From: Chroococcales cyanobacterium
GTDB lineage: Bacteria; Cyanobacteriota; Cyanobacteriia; Cyanobacteriales; Coleofasciculaceae
Length of the DNA stretch: 64,000 nt
Assembly: GCA_036703075.1 (NCBI GenBank)
Contig: DATNPT010000475.1
Location: 1,037-65,036, forward strand
Reading direction: 5' to 3'
Shown here: piece after piece, positions 17,005 to 27,267 of the stretch
How positions within the stretch are numbered: position 1 is the stretch's first letter
Layout of the letters: each line of letters starts with the position of its first letter
The notes under the pieces: generated by a model
Database searches by the model: none
Told to the model about the DNA's origin: nothing
The model's input: only the letters and a program-made list of their open reading frames with translations
Made by a program: the position numbers and the translations under genes

Positions 17005-17493
17005 CTATTTTTTCACCAATTGGTAAGTTTTGATAACGTGCTGTAGTAGCCCGTCACAGGCATCCAATAGTAGATCGATTACCTGATTAAATCCCTCTGG
17101 CCCACCGTAGTAGGGGTCTGGCACTTCTCGCTCGCTATGATGAGAGGCAAAATCGCACATTAGTCGTACTTTGTCCCGATACTTCCCCTCTGGATCGAGG
17201 TAGAGAATATCCTGATAATTTTCCCGATCCATAGCCAAAATTAGGTCGAAGTTTTCAAAGTCCGATTTTTGAAACTGCCGCGCTCTACCTTTGAGCGTTA
17301 TCCCTCGACCAAGTGCTGCTGCCGCCATACGGCGATCGGGCGGAGCCCCAATATGATAACCGCCAGTTCCAGCCGAATCGCAGATAATATCATCATTAAG
17401 ACCCGCCTGCTCAACTAAGTGATTCATAATGTTCTCGGCTGACGGAGAACGGCAGATGTTACCGAGGCAGACGAAGAGTAACTTACAAGGCAT
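17005..17493 (-). CDS. low-molecular-weight protein tyrosine phosphatase
   Basis: It carries the CX5R(S/T) P-loop LFVCLGNICRSPSAE near the N-terminus and a DPYY-type Asp loop (VPDPYYG). I prefer the start at the MPCKLLF methionine. Confidence 0.85.
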   Translation of the reverse strand: MPCKLLFVCLGNICRSPSAENIMNHLVEQAGLNDDIICDSAGTGGYHIGAPPDRRMAAAALGRGITLKGRARQFQKSDFENFDLILAMDRENYQDILYLDPEGKYRDKVRLMCDFASHHSEREVPDPYYGGPEGFNQVIDLLLDACDGLLQHVIKTYQLVKK

Positions 17494-17721
17494 AGGTATA
17501 ATATTTAGCTTCGGATGCTGTTTAAACAAGGACTACTGTTGCACCCGTGTTAAGTTTAGCAACGAAGCTGCCGTTGCTGGTGTTTCACTGGAGATTGCAG
17601 AGGCTAGATCTTCGCTTAATCGGTTGCAGTATGTTCGATAAAAGGTCAGCAGCAACCCTAAACATATTTTCTAGAGGTCAAGGGATGCCTCCTAGTTCAA
17701 TGAGGATGAGGAAAGTCTTGA

Positions 17722-19089
17722 ATGTTCAAATCGCACCGTCGCACTTACCGCAAGTCCCGTCCTTCTGTACCGCTTTTGTGGATTCTTCTGGCTATACCTT
17801 TAGCCTTGATTTTCCTGGAATTGTTGGCGCGGCTGCTGGTGAACATAACGGGTAATGGTGCCAAGTTAGCCGCTTATGAGGGTCAACCCTCAATTGTCAC
17901 CGCTTACAATCTCAAGTTCCTTAATCGATCGCAGCAACCCTACGATGCTTTATCCGATCGAGGACACCTCGCTGCTCAACGACATGTAGCCGTAGGTTAC
18001 AGCTTAGTCGGAAACCAAAAGAGTGAGTTCTGGCGTATCAACGAACAAGGTTTCCGCGATGACGAACCCGTTCCCCTGGAAAAGCCTAAAAATGAAATTC
18101 GGATTTTTCTTCTCGGCGGTTCTACGGCTTTCGGTCAACGAAGTTTGAGCAACCAAGCGACATTAGCCAATTTCCTAGAAGCCCGTCTGAACGAACGAAT
18201 CGCACAGCAACGGCGTTCCCCAGAGAAATACCGTCCTGTTCCGTTGCCCGTCTACAAACCAGAACGTGAAAAAGCACTGACTCTGCCACCCCAGCTTCGC
18301 GATGGTCAATACCGCGTGATTAATGCTGCTGTACCGGGATATACTTCGGGAAATGAACTGGCTAAGCTGGCGTTACAAATTTTGCCCTACAACCCAGACG
18401 CTATCTTAGTTCTGGATGGATATGCGGATTTAATGTTGCCCAGCGATCAATGGGCAACGGATATCCCCCACGAAGAAGCCTTCCTCAATAACGCGCTCGA
18501 TCATCTTTGGACTCACACTACTGGACGATTAAAGCAAGCGATCGCAGACACGTATTTAGTAAAATCTATACACTACTGGATCTTCCCGTCTCAACCTTCA
18601 GTGAGTCAGCTGAGTCTAGTTGTAACCGATCGGACAGAACCGTTGGAGCAACATCTTGCCACTGACGCCAATGAACTGGAACGCAGAGTCATACGATATC
18701 GCGATCGCTTGGGGCAAATGGTGCGTTTAACAACTGGGGCAAATATTCCTTTGATTGTCGCGCTTCAGCCAGAAGTTACAGGTCGTCCTAGCGGCACGCT
18801 GTCTTCAAGAGAACGAACTATCGTCAACGAACTAGACCCAATCTACAAACAACGAGTGCAAGCTGGCTATGCAGAGCTGACACAAGTGATGCAAAACGCG
18901 CAGGAGGCGTTTCCTCAAAATGTGAAAGCGCTCAATTTCTACAAACTGGATGAAAACTTGCGCCAGGGAGCGTTTGATGATGCCATTCACCTAACGGAGG
19001 ATGGCAATAAAGTCATAACCGAGCGATTTTATCGAGCGATTGCCGATCTTCAAAAGCTCCAAGTCACTCCGCCCAAACCTCCCAAATAA
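17722..19089 (+). CDS. membrane-anchored SGNH/GDSL-like hydrolase family protein
   Basis: 455 aa. It has an N-terminal TM helix, a block I-like motif RIFLLGGSTAFGQ and a block V-like motif DAIHLTEDGN. Confidence 0.55.
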   Translation: MFKSHRRTYRKSRPSVPLLWILLAIPLALIFLELLARLLVNITGNGAKLAAYEGQPSIVTAYNLKFLNRSQQPYDALSDRGHLAAQRHVAVGYSLVGNQKSEFWRINEQGFRDDEPVPLEKPKNEIRIFLLGGSTAFGQRSLSNQATLANFLEARLNERIAQQRRSPEKYRPVPLPVYKPEREKALTLPPQLRDGQYRVINAAVPGYTSGNELAKLALQILPYNPDAILVLDGYADLMLPSDQWATDIPHEEAFLNNALDHLWTHTTGRLKQAIADTYLVKSIHYWIFPSQPSVSQLSLVVTDRTEPLEQHLATDANELERRVIRYRDRLGQMVRLTTGANIPLIVALQPEVTGRPSGTLSSRERTIVNELDPIYKQRVQAGYAELTQVMQNAQEAFPQNVKALNFYKLDENLRQGAFDDAIHLTEDGNKVITERFYRAIADLQKLQVTPPKPPK

Positions 19090-19093
19090 GGTA

Positions 19094-19127
19094 AAAGACA
19101 AAAGAAAGCGTTGTTTCTTTTGTCTTT
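19094..19127. terminator. perfect 14-bp hairpin between convergent genes (SGNH-like gene on + and ybaB on -)
   Basis: aaagacaaaagaaa (19094-19107) pairs with tttcttttgtcttt (19114-19127). The arms are A/T-rich, so a U-rich 3' side exists on both strands. Confidence 0.6.
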
Positions 19128-19146
19128 CGCGGCTTAAGTAGCGGGT

Positions 19147-19491
19147 CTACATACCTGGAAGATTTAATCCACTCGTGAGTTCTTCCATGCGCTCCCGCAT
19201 AGTAGCTGTAGACTTCTCGTAGGCATCTTTCATCGCCGCTGTCACGAGTTCGGAAAGCCCTTGCGCTCCCTGACCTAAGGCAGCGTCGGAAATTTCTACT
19301 CGTAGGGGTTCTTGGTTGCCGCTCATCACTACTTTGACAAGCCCATCGCTGCTTTGTCCCTCAATTTCCATGCGCTCCAACTCTTCTTGGAGCTGCTTAG
19401 CACCTTGTTGAACTTCTTGAGCTTTTTTAAAGGCATCGGCGAGTTCTTTCATTTTGCCTAAGCCGAAGCCAAATCCTTGTCCTTTTGTCAT
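19147..19491 (-). CDS. ybaB: YbaB/EbfC family nucleoid-associated protein
   Basis: 114 aa with a characteristic family sequence ([28 protein letters not shown]...[16 protein letters not shown]). Confidence 0.9.
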   Translation of the reverse strand: MTKGQGFGFGLGKMKELADAFKKAQEVQQGAKQLQEELERMEIEGQSSDGLVKVVMSGNQEPLRVEISDAALGQGAQGLSELVTAAMKDAYEKSTATMRERMEELTSGLNLPGM

Positions 19492-19808
19492 AACTTGTTA
19501 ATTCTATCGAGTATGGGACGACTGTATTAGTTTGATATCCGACGACGCGGAGTGCAATAGGTACTCTTGAGCCGGAATTTCCAGTCTAACAACTAGGATA
19601 TTCCTGCTTCGACGAGGATGGTTCCTCGCTAAGCTGAAACGGGAAGTCGAACAATTGAGAAAGAGAAACGTCTGTCAAGCCATGAGACTTGCACCTCTAC
19701 TTCTAATCCTATAAGGAGTGGCGTAAAACACTTGTTTCAAAGCACTCGTCTTTTGTCTTCCCGTTCACTAAATCCTTATCTTAGTATTGCTTGCGTCGGT
19801 ACGGCACT

Positions 19809-20783
19809 CTATGCCGCTTGAAACTCGCCTAAGATTTTTACTTCTGGCTCTAAGCAAAGCGACCAATGATGTTCGACTTGTTGCTGAATATGGCGAATAA
19901 TTTGGAAGATATCGCTAGCTTTAGCGCCACCACAGTTAAGAATAAAGTTAGCATGACGCTCCGCTACCCGAGCGCCCCCAATTTGGTAGCCTTTTAAACC
20001 CATCTGTTCGATTAACCAAGCAGCAGCATGGGATTCGGGATTGCGGAAGACACTGCCGCAACTCGGCAAGTGGTAAGGCTGAGAGAGGCGACGTTGCTCC
20101 AAATGTCTAGAGGTTTCAGCTAGTAACTGTTTGGGATCGGCACCGGGTTGTAGCTGAAATGTGGCTTGCGTCACTAAGCGATCGCCTCCTTGTAATATCG
20201 AGGTGCGATAGCTAAAGCCCAACTCTTGAGGGGTGAGCATCTCAACGGTACCTGTAGGAGAAAGGGTCTGTGCGCTCACCAGAATATCAGCCGTACAGCT
20301 TTTATGGGCTCCAGCATTCATCACCACTGCACCACCTACAGTGCCGGGGATGCCTACGGCCCACTCCAGTCCGCGCCAACCGCGTTCGGCTGCCTGCCAA
20401 GCGAGACGCGCAATGGGTTCGCCAGCACCGGCGGTGATTCTTCCGGTATCGGGATCGAAATGGGTCTGGCGCAGATGTCGAGTACAAACGACTAAACCGG
20501 GCAAACCGCGATCGCTCACTAATAGATTAGAGCCTGCGCCTAACAGTGTCAGGAGTAATCCTTGAGACTGAGCCCACTCAAAACTAGCTTGCAGATCTTC
20601 AACGCGACGGGGTGCGACGTACCACTCCGCTGGGCCTCCTACCCGAAACGAGGTTAGGCTCGCTAAAGGAACTCCAGTTCGCAGCGGGCAATCGGTGCCT
20701 GGTAAGTACAGATGAGGTTTGTAGAGGGTATTGCTCGGAGTAAAGGTGTCGGTAACGCGGGGGGGGTCGTGAGACAACGTCAT
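19809..20783 (-). CDS. murB: UDP-N-acetylenolpyruvoylglucosamine reductase
   Basis: 324 aa with an FAD-binding MurB fold ([42 protein letters not shown]). Confidence 0.9.
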   Translation of the reverse strand: MTLSHDPPRVTDTFTPSNTLYKPHLYLPGTDCPLRTGVPLASLTSFRVGGPAEWYVAPRRVEDLQASFEWAQSQGLLLTLLGAGSNLLVSDRGLPGLVVCTRHLRQTHFDPDTGRITAGAGEPIARLAWQAAERGWRGLEWAVGIPGTVGGAVVMNAGAHKSCTADILVSAQTLSPTGTVEMLTPQELGFSYRTSILQGGDRLVTQATFQLQPGADPKQLLAETSRHLEQRRLSQPYHLPSCGSVFRNPESHAAAWLIEQMGLKGYQIGGARVAERHANFILNCGGAKASDIFQIIRHIQQQVEHHWSLCLEPEVKILGEFQAA

Positions 20784-20867
20784 ATCAATTCACAAGAAAA
20801 GAGTGCCAATTGGTCTTGGACAATTGAGGCGAAGCGAAGGTCTTTTTTCCGGTTTTATTAACCGAAT

Positions 20868-22421
20868 TCAGGCTTTCTGGCTTAATTCTTTAAACTTTTC
20901 GCACCGCTCTTTATCAGCCTTTTGGTAGAAGTCCAGCAACTTGGGAATAATTTGATTGAGATCTCCAGCCCCTAAAAATAGAGCGAGATCGCCAGGTTGA
21001 AGGACTTGGGTCAATAACTGTGCAACTGATTCGAGAGTTGGCTCGTAATGCACCTGCTCGTGATGAGCGGCAATTGCATCTCGAACCCCAGCACCAGTAA
21101 TTTGCCCTAAATTAGGTTCGCCTGCACTGTAAATGTTAGTAACAACGACCCTGTCTGCATCGTCAAATGATTCTGCAAACTCGGGCAAAAAGGTCAATGT
21201 GCGACTGTAGCGGTGGGGCTGAAAAATTGCGACAATTCGTTGCGGCGCTGGAAATTGCAACCGAGCAGCTGCAAGAGTTGCCTGAATTTCACTTGGATGG
21301 TGAGCGTAGTCATCGACAAAAGAGATATCGTTGCACTTGCCCCGCAGCTCAAACCGACGTTTGGCTCCCTCAAATGTAGCGATGGCGGAGGCAATCTTGT
21401 CAAATCCCAGACCCAACTGTCGCCCTACAGCTACCGCTGCTAGAGCATTACTGAGATTGTGTTTGCCGAGCAACTTAACCTGTAGTTCGCCCAATACTCG
21501 ATCGCCTTCCCAAACTTGGGCGGTTGTGCCATGAGCGTGATAAGTCACATTACTCACGCTATAATCGGCACCACAATCTCGTCGTAGGCTATAGCTAATC
21601 GTTGGTTTAAGCCGCGATCGCACTGTTTCGCAATCAATACAGCCTATGAGAATTTTGCAGTGTTCGGCAAAAATCTGGAAGGTCTTAATAACCTGTTCTA
21701 AAGAATCGTAATGATCTGGATGATCGAGTTCGATATTGGTGACGACACCAATGTTGGGAGAGAGCTTGGCTAAAGAGCCATCTGATTCGTCGGCTTCCGC
21801 AACCAGATAAGGACCATCTCCCAAGCGGGCATTGCCTTCCCAAGCATCCACTTCACCTCCAACAACAATGGTTGGATCTACACCAGCTTGCAACAGCACA
21901 TAACCAATTAAACTACTCGTTGTTGTTTTTCCATGAGTTCCAGCGACAGCGATGCTTTGGTAATCTTGAATCAAAGCAGCTAGCAAATCCGAGCGATGAA
22001 AAATTGGGTAGCCCCGATCCAGAGCTGCCTGATACTCGGAATTAAATGAATTAATCGCTGTCGAACAAATGACTTGAGGCAAGCCTGAGGCTGTCTTGGT
22101 AGCAGGACTCGCTTGACTGGATTTTGGAAGTTCGCGAGGGAAGCTTCCAGAATTCGAGTGAAGACCTATCGCTGCCGTTGGGAAGTCTCCACAGGCAGAT
22201 TCTGTCCGGGCTTGGAAAAACTCTAGATTAGTAGCGTCTTGATTTCTGAAAAGATGTGCACCGACTGCTTGCAAACGCTGAGTAATATGCGTCGAACGAA
22301 TGTCCGATCCAGATACAGGGAGTTGACGCTTTGCTAGAACATAAGCAAGGGCTGACATTCCAATTCCACCAATGCCGATGAAATGAAATGGCTTCCCAGT
22401 GAAATCAACATTATTCCGCAT
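20868..22421 (-). CDS. murC: UDP-N-acetylmuramate--L-alanine ligase
   Basis: 517 aa with Mur ligase blocks (HFIGIGGIGMSALA, AVAGTHGKTTTSS, EADESDGS, DDYAHHPSE). A low-complexity insert of about 45 aa follows the N-terminal domain. Confidence 0.9.
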   Translation of the reverse strand: MRNNVDFTGKPFHFIGIGGIGMSALAYVLAKRQLPVSGSDIRSTHITQRLQAVGAHLFRNQDATNLEFFQARTESACGDFPTAAIGLHSNSGSFPRELPKSSQASPATKTASGLPQVICSTAINSFNSEYQAALDRGYPIFHRSDLLAALIQDYQSIAVAGTHGKTTTSSLIGYVLLQAGVDPTIVVGGEVDAWEGNARLGDGPYLVAEADESDGSLAKLSPNIGVVTNIELDHPDHYDSLEQVIKTFQIFAEHCKILIGCIDCETVRSRLKPTISYSLRRDCGADYSVSNVTYHAHGTTAQVWEGDRVLGELQVKLLGKHNLSNALAAVAVGRQLGLGFDKIASAIATFEGAKRRFELRGKCNDISFVDDYAHHPSEIQATLAAARLQFPAPQRIVAIFQPHRYSRTLTFLPEFAESFDDADRVVVTNIYSAGEPNLGQITGAGVRDAIAAHHEQVHYEPTLESVAQLLTQVLQPGDLALFLGAGDLNQIIPKLLDFYQKADKERCEKFKELSQKA

Positions 22422-22737
22422 CTTAACTCCTTACACACCACACCACACACGCCTACTGGGCCAATATCACGCGCTATCATATCAAGAATTGATTTTTCAA
22501 GATATAGCAAAGTAGAGATTTAGCAGAATTTTCCTCCTACAGAGCTAGTTACGGTACAGATTGTGTTACTGTAGAACAAGATTTTTCTACCCATAAACTG
22601 TTTTTATAACTAAACGCAACAGGTTCCTCTCAATCCGGAATTTTTAGTCAAAAACAGGGCATCAACACGCCTGTCACCGAGCGAGATTTAGAGCGAACTT
22701 AAACACCGAACCCGAAATCCATAAATTGCCTATAGGG

Positions 22738-23430
22738 ATGGAACAGTTGGCAATCCTGGGTGGCACATTCGATCCAGTACATATAGGGCATCTCGTAGTC
22801 GCTCAAACTGCTTTGAGCCAGTTAGGACTAGATCGGGTCATCTGGGTACCAACTCGCCACCCTCCTCACAAGCAGAGTTTAGCTTACGAGCATCGCCGGT
22901 CAATGGTGGAAAAAGCGATCGCAGGAAATTCTGCGTTTGCCATCTCACCCTTAGACATGGATCGGGCTGAACCCGATTACGCGATCGCAACCTTGGCTTA
23001 TCTCCAAAAGGTTTATCCTAACCAGCAATGGTATTGGATTATTGGCTTAGACTCTTTCCAAACTCTACCACTATGGTACTGCCGCGAACGGCTGATCCCC
23101 TCTTGTCAGTGGATAGTTGCGCCGCGATTTGTACCAGTGGCGGACACAACTACGTTTTGCGATCGAAGCGACAGCAGTTATAAACAGCAACCAACCACCT
23201 CCGATAGCTGGCTCTGTCAACAAGTTGTCCGTCAGTTAGCCGCCCAAAACATCCTAATTCGCTGGCAGCTCCTTCAAATGCCCACCCTAGGCATCTCTTC
23301 TAGTCTGATTCGCCAGTATTGTCGCCAAAATCGCTCAATTCGTTATCTGGTTCCGGACAATGTCCGAGCCTACATTACAGCCCAGAATCTCTACACCGAT
23401 GGTATAACCGAGTTCCAAGCTGACACATAG
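22738..23430 (+). CDS. nadD: nicotinate-nucleotide adenylyltransferase
   Basis: It has the (H/T)IGH nucleotidyltransferase motif GGTFDPVHIGH and a C-terminal ISSSLIR motif. I prefer the ATG at 22738. Confidence 0.85.
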   Translation: MEQLAILGGTFDPVHIGHLVVAQTALSQLGLDRVIWVPTRHPPHKQSLAYEHRRSMVEKAIAGNSAFAISPLDMDRAEPDYAIATLAYLQKVYPNQQWYWIIGLDSFQTLPLWYCRERLIPSCQWIVAPRFVPVADTTTFCDRSDSSYKQQPTTSDSWLCQQVVRQLAAQNILIRWQLLQMPTLGISSSLIRQYCRQNRSIRYLVPDNVRAYITAQNLYTDGITEFQADT

Positions 23431-23764
23431 GGGGGGCAAGGGAACAGACAAATCCTTTGTGATGCACAGTGGTTCTGAGTGCCTAATCTAGAATTGCGAA
23501 GAGGCAATAGAGAAATGTATTTTTGTCCCTCGTTTTATATGCATGTGGCTGCTAATTTGTCAAGCCAAGGTGGGAGAGAGGGGATTGACTAGAGAGGTAT
23601 TATTAGAAGCTTTAAGTTTTTTGTCGCCTAAATCCCTGCTGCTCTCATCTACGAGTCAACCAGACTCCCCGACAAGCCACCCTCAACCCCAACGAGAACA
23701 TCGAGAGACAGGACTTAAAAGACTTACTGTATAAGGTTTTTCTTAATTGAGAACCGAGTACAGG

Positions 23765-23866
23765 TCTCATTGTTCAGCCTTTGCAATATTATTGGGGTCA
23801 ATAGTTATTAATACTCAATAAAAAGTTCTCATTATTCAGGCTTTGCGATATCATTGGTCTCAATGA
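23765..23866. repeat. two copies of a motif of about 40 nt, 62 nt apart, upstream of gap2
   Basis: tctcattgttcagcctttgcaatattattggggtcaat (from 23765) matches tctcattattcaggctttgcgatatcattggtctcaat (from 23827) with 6 mismatches. Confidence 0.75.
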
Positions 23867-23915
23867 ATCATTAAAACCAATATTTCCTGAGCTTGAATAC
23901 AGAGGGCAAGACGCA

Positions 23916-24932
23916 GTGATTAGAGTAGCGATCAACGGGTTTGGGCGCATCGGACGCAACTTTGCGCGATGCTGGCTGACAAGAGAGAATAGCCAGATAG
24001 ACTTAGTGGGCATCAATGACACTTCTGACCCAAGAACGAATGCCCATTTGCTGAAATACGACACGATGCTGGGGAAGTTGGACGCTGACGTCAGCGCTGA
24101 TGACAACTCCATAATCATTAATGGCAAAACTGTTAAATGTGTATCCGATCGCAACCCGCTAAACTTGCCTTGGGCTGATTGGGCAGTTGACCTGGTAATC
24201 GAGTCAACCGGTGTATTTGTCAGCCGAGAGGGAGCTTCAAAGCACATAGCAGCGGGTGCAAAGAAAGTCATGATTACTGCCCCTGCCAAAGGGGATGATG
24301 TTGGCACGTTTGTAGTAGGTGTTAACGATCACCACTACGAACACAGCAAGCATGACATTGTCAGCAATGCCAGCTGTACAACAAACTGTCTATCCCCCTT
24401 CGCTAAAGTGCTACACGAACACTTTGGCATCATCAAAGGGACAATGACCACAACCCACAGCTACACAGGTGACCAGCGCCTTTTGGATGCTAGCCACCGG
24501 GATGTTCGCAGGGCACGGGCAGCAGCGATGAATATCGTGCCAACCAGCACGGGTGCGGCGAAGGCTGTAGGGTTAGTTCTACCCGAACTCAAGGGTAAAC
24601 TCAATGGCATCGCCCTGCGCGTCCCCACACCGAACGTGTCTGTGGTTGACTTGGTAATTCAAGTAGAGAAAAGCACGATCGCCGAGCAGGTGAATGGTGT
24701 TCTCAAGGAAGCTGCTGAAGGTCCACTCAAGGGTATTTTGGCATACAGTGACCTGCCATTAGTGTCAACTGACTACAAAGGTCATGATGCCTCTTCAATT
24801 GTGGATTCCAGTCTGACAATGGTCATGGGTGGTGACATGGTGAAGGTCGTTGCCTGGTACGACAACGAGTGGGGCTACTCCCAGCGAGTTGTGGATTTGG
24901 CCGAAATCATTGCTCAGAAGTGGGAAAAGTAG
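23916..24932 (+). CDS. gap2: glyceraldehyde-3-phosphate dehydrogenase, Calvin-cycle (Gap2) type
   Basis: 338 aa with a GTG start. It has [15 protein letters not shown], the active site [10 protein letters not shown] and WYDNEWGYS. The N-terminal region resembles cyanobacterial Gap2. Confidence 0.93.
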   Translation: MIRVAINGFGRIGRNFARCWLTRENSQIDLVGINDTSDPRTNAHLLKYDTMLGKLDADVSADDNSIIINGKTVKCVSDRNPLNLPWADWAVDLVIESTGVFVSREGASKHIAAGAKKVMITAPAKGDDVGTFVVGVNDHHYEHSKHDIVSNASCTTNCLSPFAKVLHEHFGIIKGTMTTTHSYTGDQRLLDASHRDVRRARAAAMNIVPTSTGAAKAVGLVLPELKGKLNGIALRVPTPNVSVVDLVIQVEKSTIAEQVNGVLKEAAEGPLKGILAYSDLPLVSTDYKGHDASSIVDSSLTMVMGGDMVKVVAWYDNEWGYSQRVVDLAEIIAQKWEK

Positions 24933-24986
24933 AGTGAATTGAACTGAATCAAACTCTCAGTCAATTTGAACTGAATTTAGCGATCG

Positions 24987-25019
24987 GCCTGGGAAAGCAT
25001 TCCCAGGCTTAATTTTTTT
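24987..25019 (+). terminator. intrinsic terminator of gap2
   Basis: The stem gcctggga/tcccaggc is followed by ttaattttttt. Confidence 0.8.
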
Positions 25020-25060
25020 ACAAACGACGCAACAGCATGAACGACAGTTGTACAGTACAA

Positions 25061-25097
25061 AAAAGACAGAAGATGTAAAACCTTCTGTCTTTTTGGA
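25061..25097 (-). terminator. intrinsic terminator downstream of tRNA-Arg
   Basis: A 12-bp stem pairs aaaagacagaag (25061-25072) with cttctgtctttt (25082-25093). On the minus strand the hairpin is followed by a T run. Confidence 0.7.
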
Positions 25098-25171
25098 CGG
25101 GCTAGGAGGGATTCGAACCCCCGACACCGTGGTCCGTAGCCACGTGCTCTAGTCCACTGAGCTACAAGCCC
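25098..25171 (-). tRNA. tRNA-Arg (anticodon ACG)
   Basis: I folded the reverse complement by hand as a 74-nt cloverleaf. The segments are GGGCTTG TA GCTC AGTGGACTA GAGC A CGTGG CTACGGA CCACG GTGTC GGGGG TTCGAAT CCCTC CTAGCCC G. There is one U6-U67 mismatch in the acceptor stem, and CCA is not encoded. Confidence 0.9.
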
Positions 25172-25231
25172 TTGATTAAGCGAGTATTTTTTCTTTACTC
25201 ACCGATTACTAATCGTAGCACACCTAAAAAA

Positions 25232-25735
25232 ATGCCGCAAGAAATTTCTTCAACTCAATCCTTGACTCATTTAGACACTCAGGGTCAAGCCCGGATGGTC
25301 GATGTCTCTGCCAAGACTCCCACCCAACGGCAAGCCGTCGCAGCTGCTCAAGTCCGGATGAATGCTGCTACCTTTGACGCGATTGAAGCGGGTAATGCCC
25401 CTAAGGGAGATGTCATTGGGACAGCCCGGATAGCAGGAATCATGGCAGCCAAGCAAACCTCCCAACTCATTCCGTTGTGTCATCCCTTACCGCTACATAA
25501 AGTAGAAGTACAAATTATGCCCGACTCCGAACTGCCGGGATATCAAATTCAAGCGTCGGTGACGACTAAAGCTGAAACGGGCGTTGAAATGGAAGCGCTG
25601 ACAGCCGTCTCTATCGCTGCCCTTACCCTTTACGACATGGCAAAAGCCCTAGATAAGTCGATTCAGATTGAATCGATTCGCCTATTGAGTAAAACTGGCG
25701 GCAAATCAGGTGATTACCTCCGGCAGGAGGATTGA
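25232..25735 (+). CDS. moaC: cyclic pyranopterin monophosphate synthase
   Basis: MoaC blocks are present ([55 protein letters not shown]). I prefer the ATG at 25232 because the track start at 25172 abuts the tRNA. Confidence 0.9.
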   Translation: MPQEISSTQSLTHLDTQGQARMVDVSAKTPTQRQAVAAAQVRMNAATFDAIEAGNAPKGDVIGTARIAGIMAAKQTSQLIPLCHPLPLHKVEVQIMPDSELPGYQIQASVTTKAETGVEMEALTAVSIAALTLYDMAKALDKSIQIESIRLLSKTGGKSGDYLRQED

Positions 25736-25810
25736 TGACTAGCAACGTAGAATTAATTTAGTTGTTAGACCCAACAACTAAGTACTAACCACTAACTACG
25801 AACGACTTCC

Positions 25811-26083
25811 ATGCCTCCTCGTTGGCCTCGCAAACCCGATCGCAATGACCCAGAGTACCGTAAATTAGATGACCGGATGAACTTTGCCATGCATGTGGCA
25901 ATTTTTGCCGCTTGTAACTCCGGAATCTGGTTTTTCCGCACCCTACAGAATGCTGACTGGCGCTGGGCGTATTTGGTTACTGGACTGTGGGCACTGATTT
26001 TACTCGGACATGGGGTTTACATCTTTGCGATCGCAAATTACTCCCCGTTGTCTGCCAAAGATGCCCCGACAAAATCTTCCTAA
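25811..26083 (+). CDS. small two-TM-helix membrane protein (2TM-domain type)
   Basis: 90 aa with two clear hydrophobic helices (FAMHVAIFAACNSGIWFF and YLVTGLWALILLGHGVYIFAI). Confidence 0.6.
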   Translation: MPPRWPRKPDRNDPEYRKLDDRMNFAMHVAIFAACNSGIWFFRTLQNADWRWAYLVTGLWALILLGHGVYIFAIANYSPLSAKDAPTKSS

Positions 26084-26161
26084 AGTTAAACCAAGCTCCA
26101 TAAACCCCGCAGTAGTATGGATCGCACACCTTATCGAATTCAGTAGAGAGCGTTAATCACT

Positions 26162-26470
26162 ATGGCTAAAACTAACACTACAGAATTCATCGAAGACCTC
26201 GCTGCCGATATTGGCAAGGAAGTCTACATCGATATTGCCAAGTGGCACCTCTATTTATCAGATGCTCACTTGGCTACGGTTGTTGCTCAACGAGTTTATC
26301 CTCTGCTCACGAACAACACCCTAGATGAAAGCGAAGTGCTAAAGATTTTAGAAAATATCCCAGTTTCGTTAGGTGGAGGGAAACGGGAAGTACCTTTAAT
26401 TGACCTCCTACCGACTCGCTGCCAAGTGAACCTCATGGATCTGCTCGAAGAGTATCAGCGAAAACTCTGA
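26162..26470 (+). CDS. conserved-looking hypothetical protein
   Basis: 102-aa ORF with an ATG start and balanced composition. I have no confident family assignment. Confidence 0.5.
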   Translation: MAKTNTTEFIEDLAADIGKEVYIDIAKWHLYLSDAHLATVVAQRVYPLLTNNTLDESEVLKILENIPVSLGGGKREVPLIDLLPTRCQVNLMDLLEEYQRKL

Positions 26471-26652
26471 GGCTCTCTTGTGAGGATTAGTAACATAGGG
26501 AGGTTATCTGCGATCGCTTGCCTAAAGATCGATTTTTAGCGATCGCTTGAAACTCCACTGCTAACTTTTTGATAAGTTGTTGCCTAGCTCTCACTCCATG
26601 AGCTTTCCCGTATTACTCTCAGTTCAGGCTGCCAACTTATTTGGTGTGATTA

Positions 26653-26979
26653 CTACAAAGATTCGTCCAACGCTCTTAGGGCTTGTTCTCCCCACCAAGC
26701 TCCCTCCCAACGAGGCATATTTTCCGGACAAGTCATCAAGACAGTCTTGGGCTGTACTCGGTTCTCTTCCTGTTGAGTTAGAGCCTTAGCTTGCTGCTTA
26801 TCATCGTATAGATCGCCCTCATCCAGAGCGATACTGTACCTTTCCGACAGCCAATCTGGAAACTCTATAAAATCTGGTAAAAGTAATAACTGCTTTTCTG
26901 TTTGTGAGAGGTTATCTGACGCTTCACTTGCCGTAGAGGAGTTTGATTTATACCAGTTGTTGGAATCAAAAATTAGCAT
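26653..26979 (-). CDS. hypothetical protein
   Basis: 108-aa acidic ORF that overlaps the opposite-strand ORF 26577..26789. I prefer the minus ORF on length and composition only. Confidence 0.3.
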   Translation of the reverse strand: MLIFDSNNWYKSNSSTASEASDNLSQTEKQLLLLPDFIEFPDWLSERYSIALDEGDLYDDKQQAKALTQQEENRVQPKTVLMTCPENMPRWEGAWWGEQALRALDESL

Positions 26980-27267
26980 CGCTCTCTCCTACATTACAGT
27001 TACCGTTCTAATCTACAAGGATGTCTAGGAAAGCCGCGCTGTACTGAATCCTGAAAACTTGTGATTTTCAGATTTAAAATGAGCGATCTTTTTAGGCAAT
27101 CGTTGTGAAATTTGTCAGTATTCAATAGTGATTTGAATCACTATTTTTACTTTGAGGGACTAGAAAGTAGTGGAGCGATCGCCTTAATATTTACCAGAGG
27201 AATAAAAGGGCGATCGCGAAAGGTCAGTTTTCTCAGCCATCAACTTGTACCAATCTCAAAGGATTAG

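Noticed and set aside
22062-22205. Low-complexity insert of about 45 aa in MurC (ESACGDFPTAAIGLHSNSGSFPRELPKSSQASPATKTASGLPQ), with a comparable insert in NadD
   Set aside because: The inserts are in-frame and contain no repeats or mobile-element signatures. They are most simply lineage-specific surface loops.
23543-23734. 63-aa ORF in the nadD-gap2 spacer
   Set aside because: It has no motif, is low-complexity and Ser/Pro-rich, and lies in a region better explained as the gap2 promoter or 5' region.
23798-24307. 169-aa ORF antisense to the 5' part of gap2. Similar long antisense ORFs occur inside other genes, for example 41024..41524, 46276..46734, 36961..37401, 2743..3117 and 63093..63434.
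   Set aside because: Each lies entirely within a strongly supported gene on the other strand. Their composition is skewed (Ser/Arg/Pro-rich) and they show no motifs. They are shadow ORFs.
25098-25171. U6-U67 mismatch in the acceptor stem of tRNA-Arg, considered as a sign of a pseudo-tRNA
   Set aside because: All other stems, the T-loop (TTCGAAT), the D-loop and the anticodon loop are canonical, and a dedicated terminator follows. A single mismatch is tolerated.
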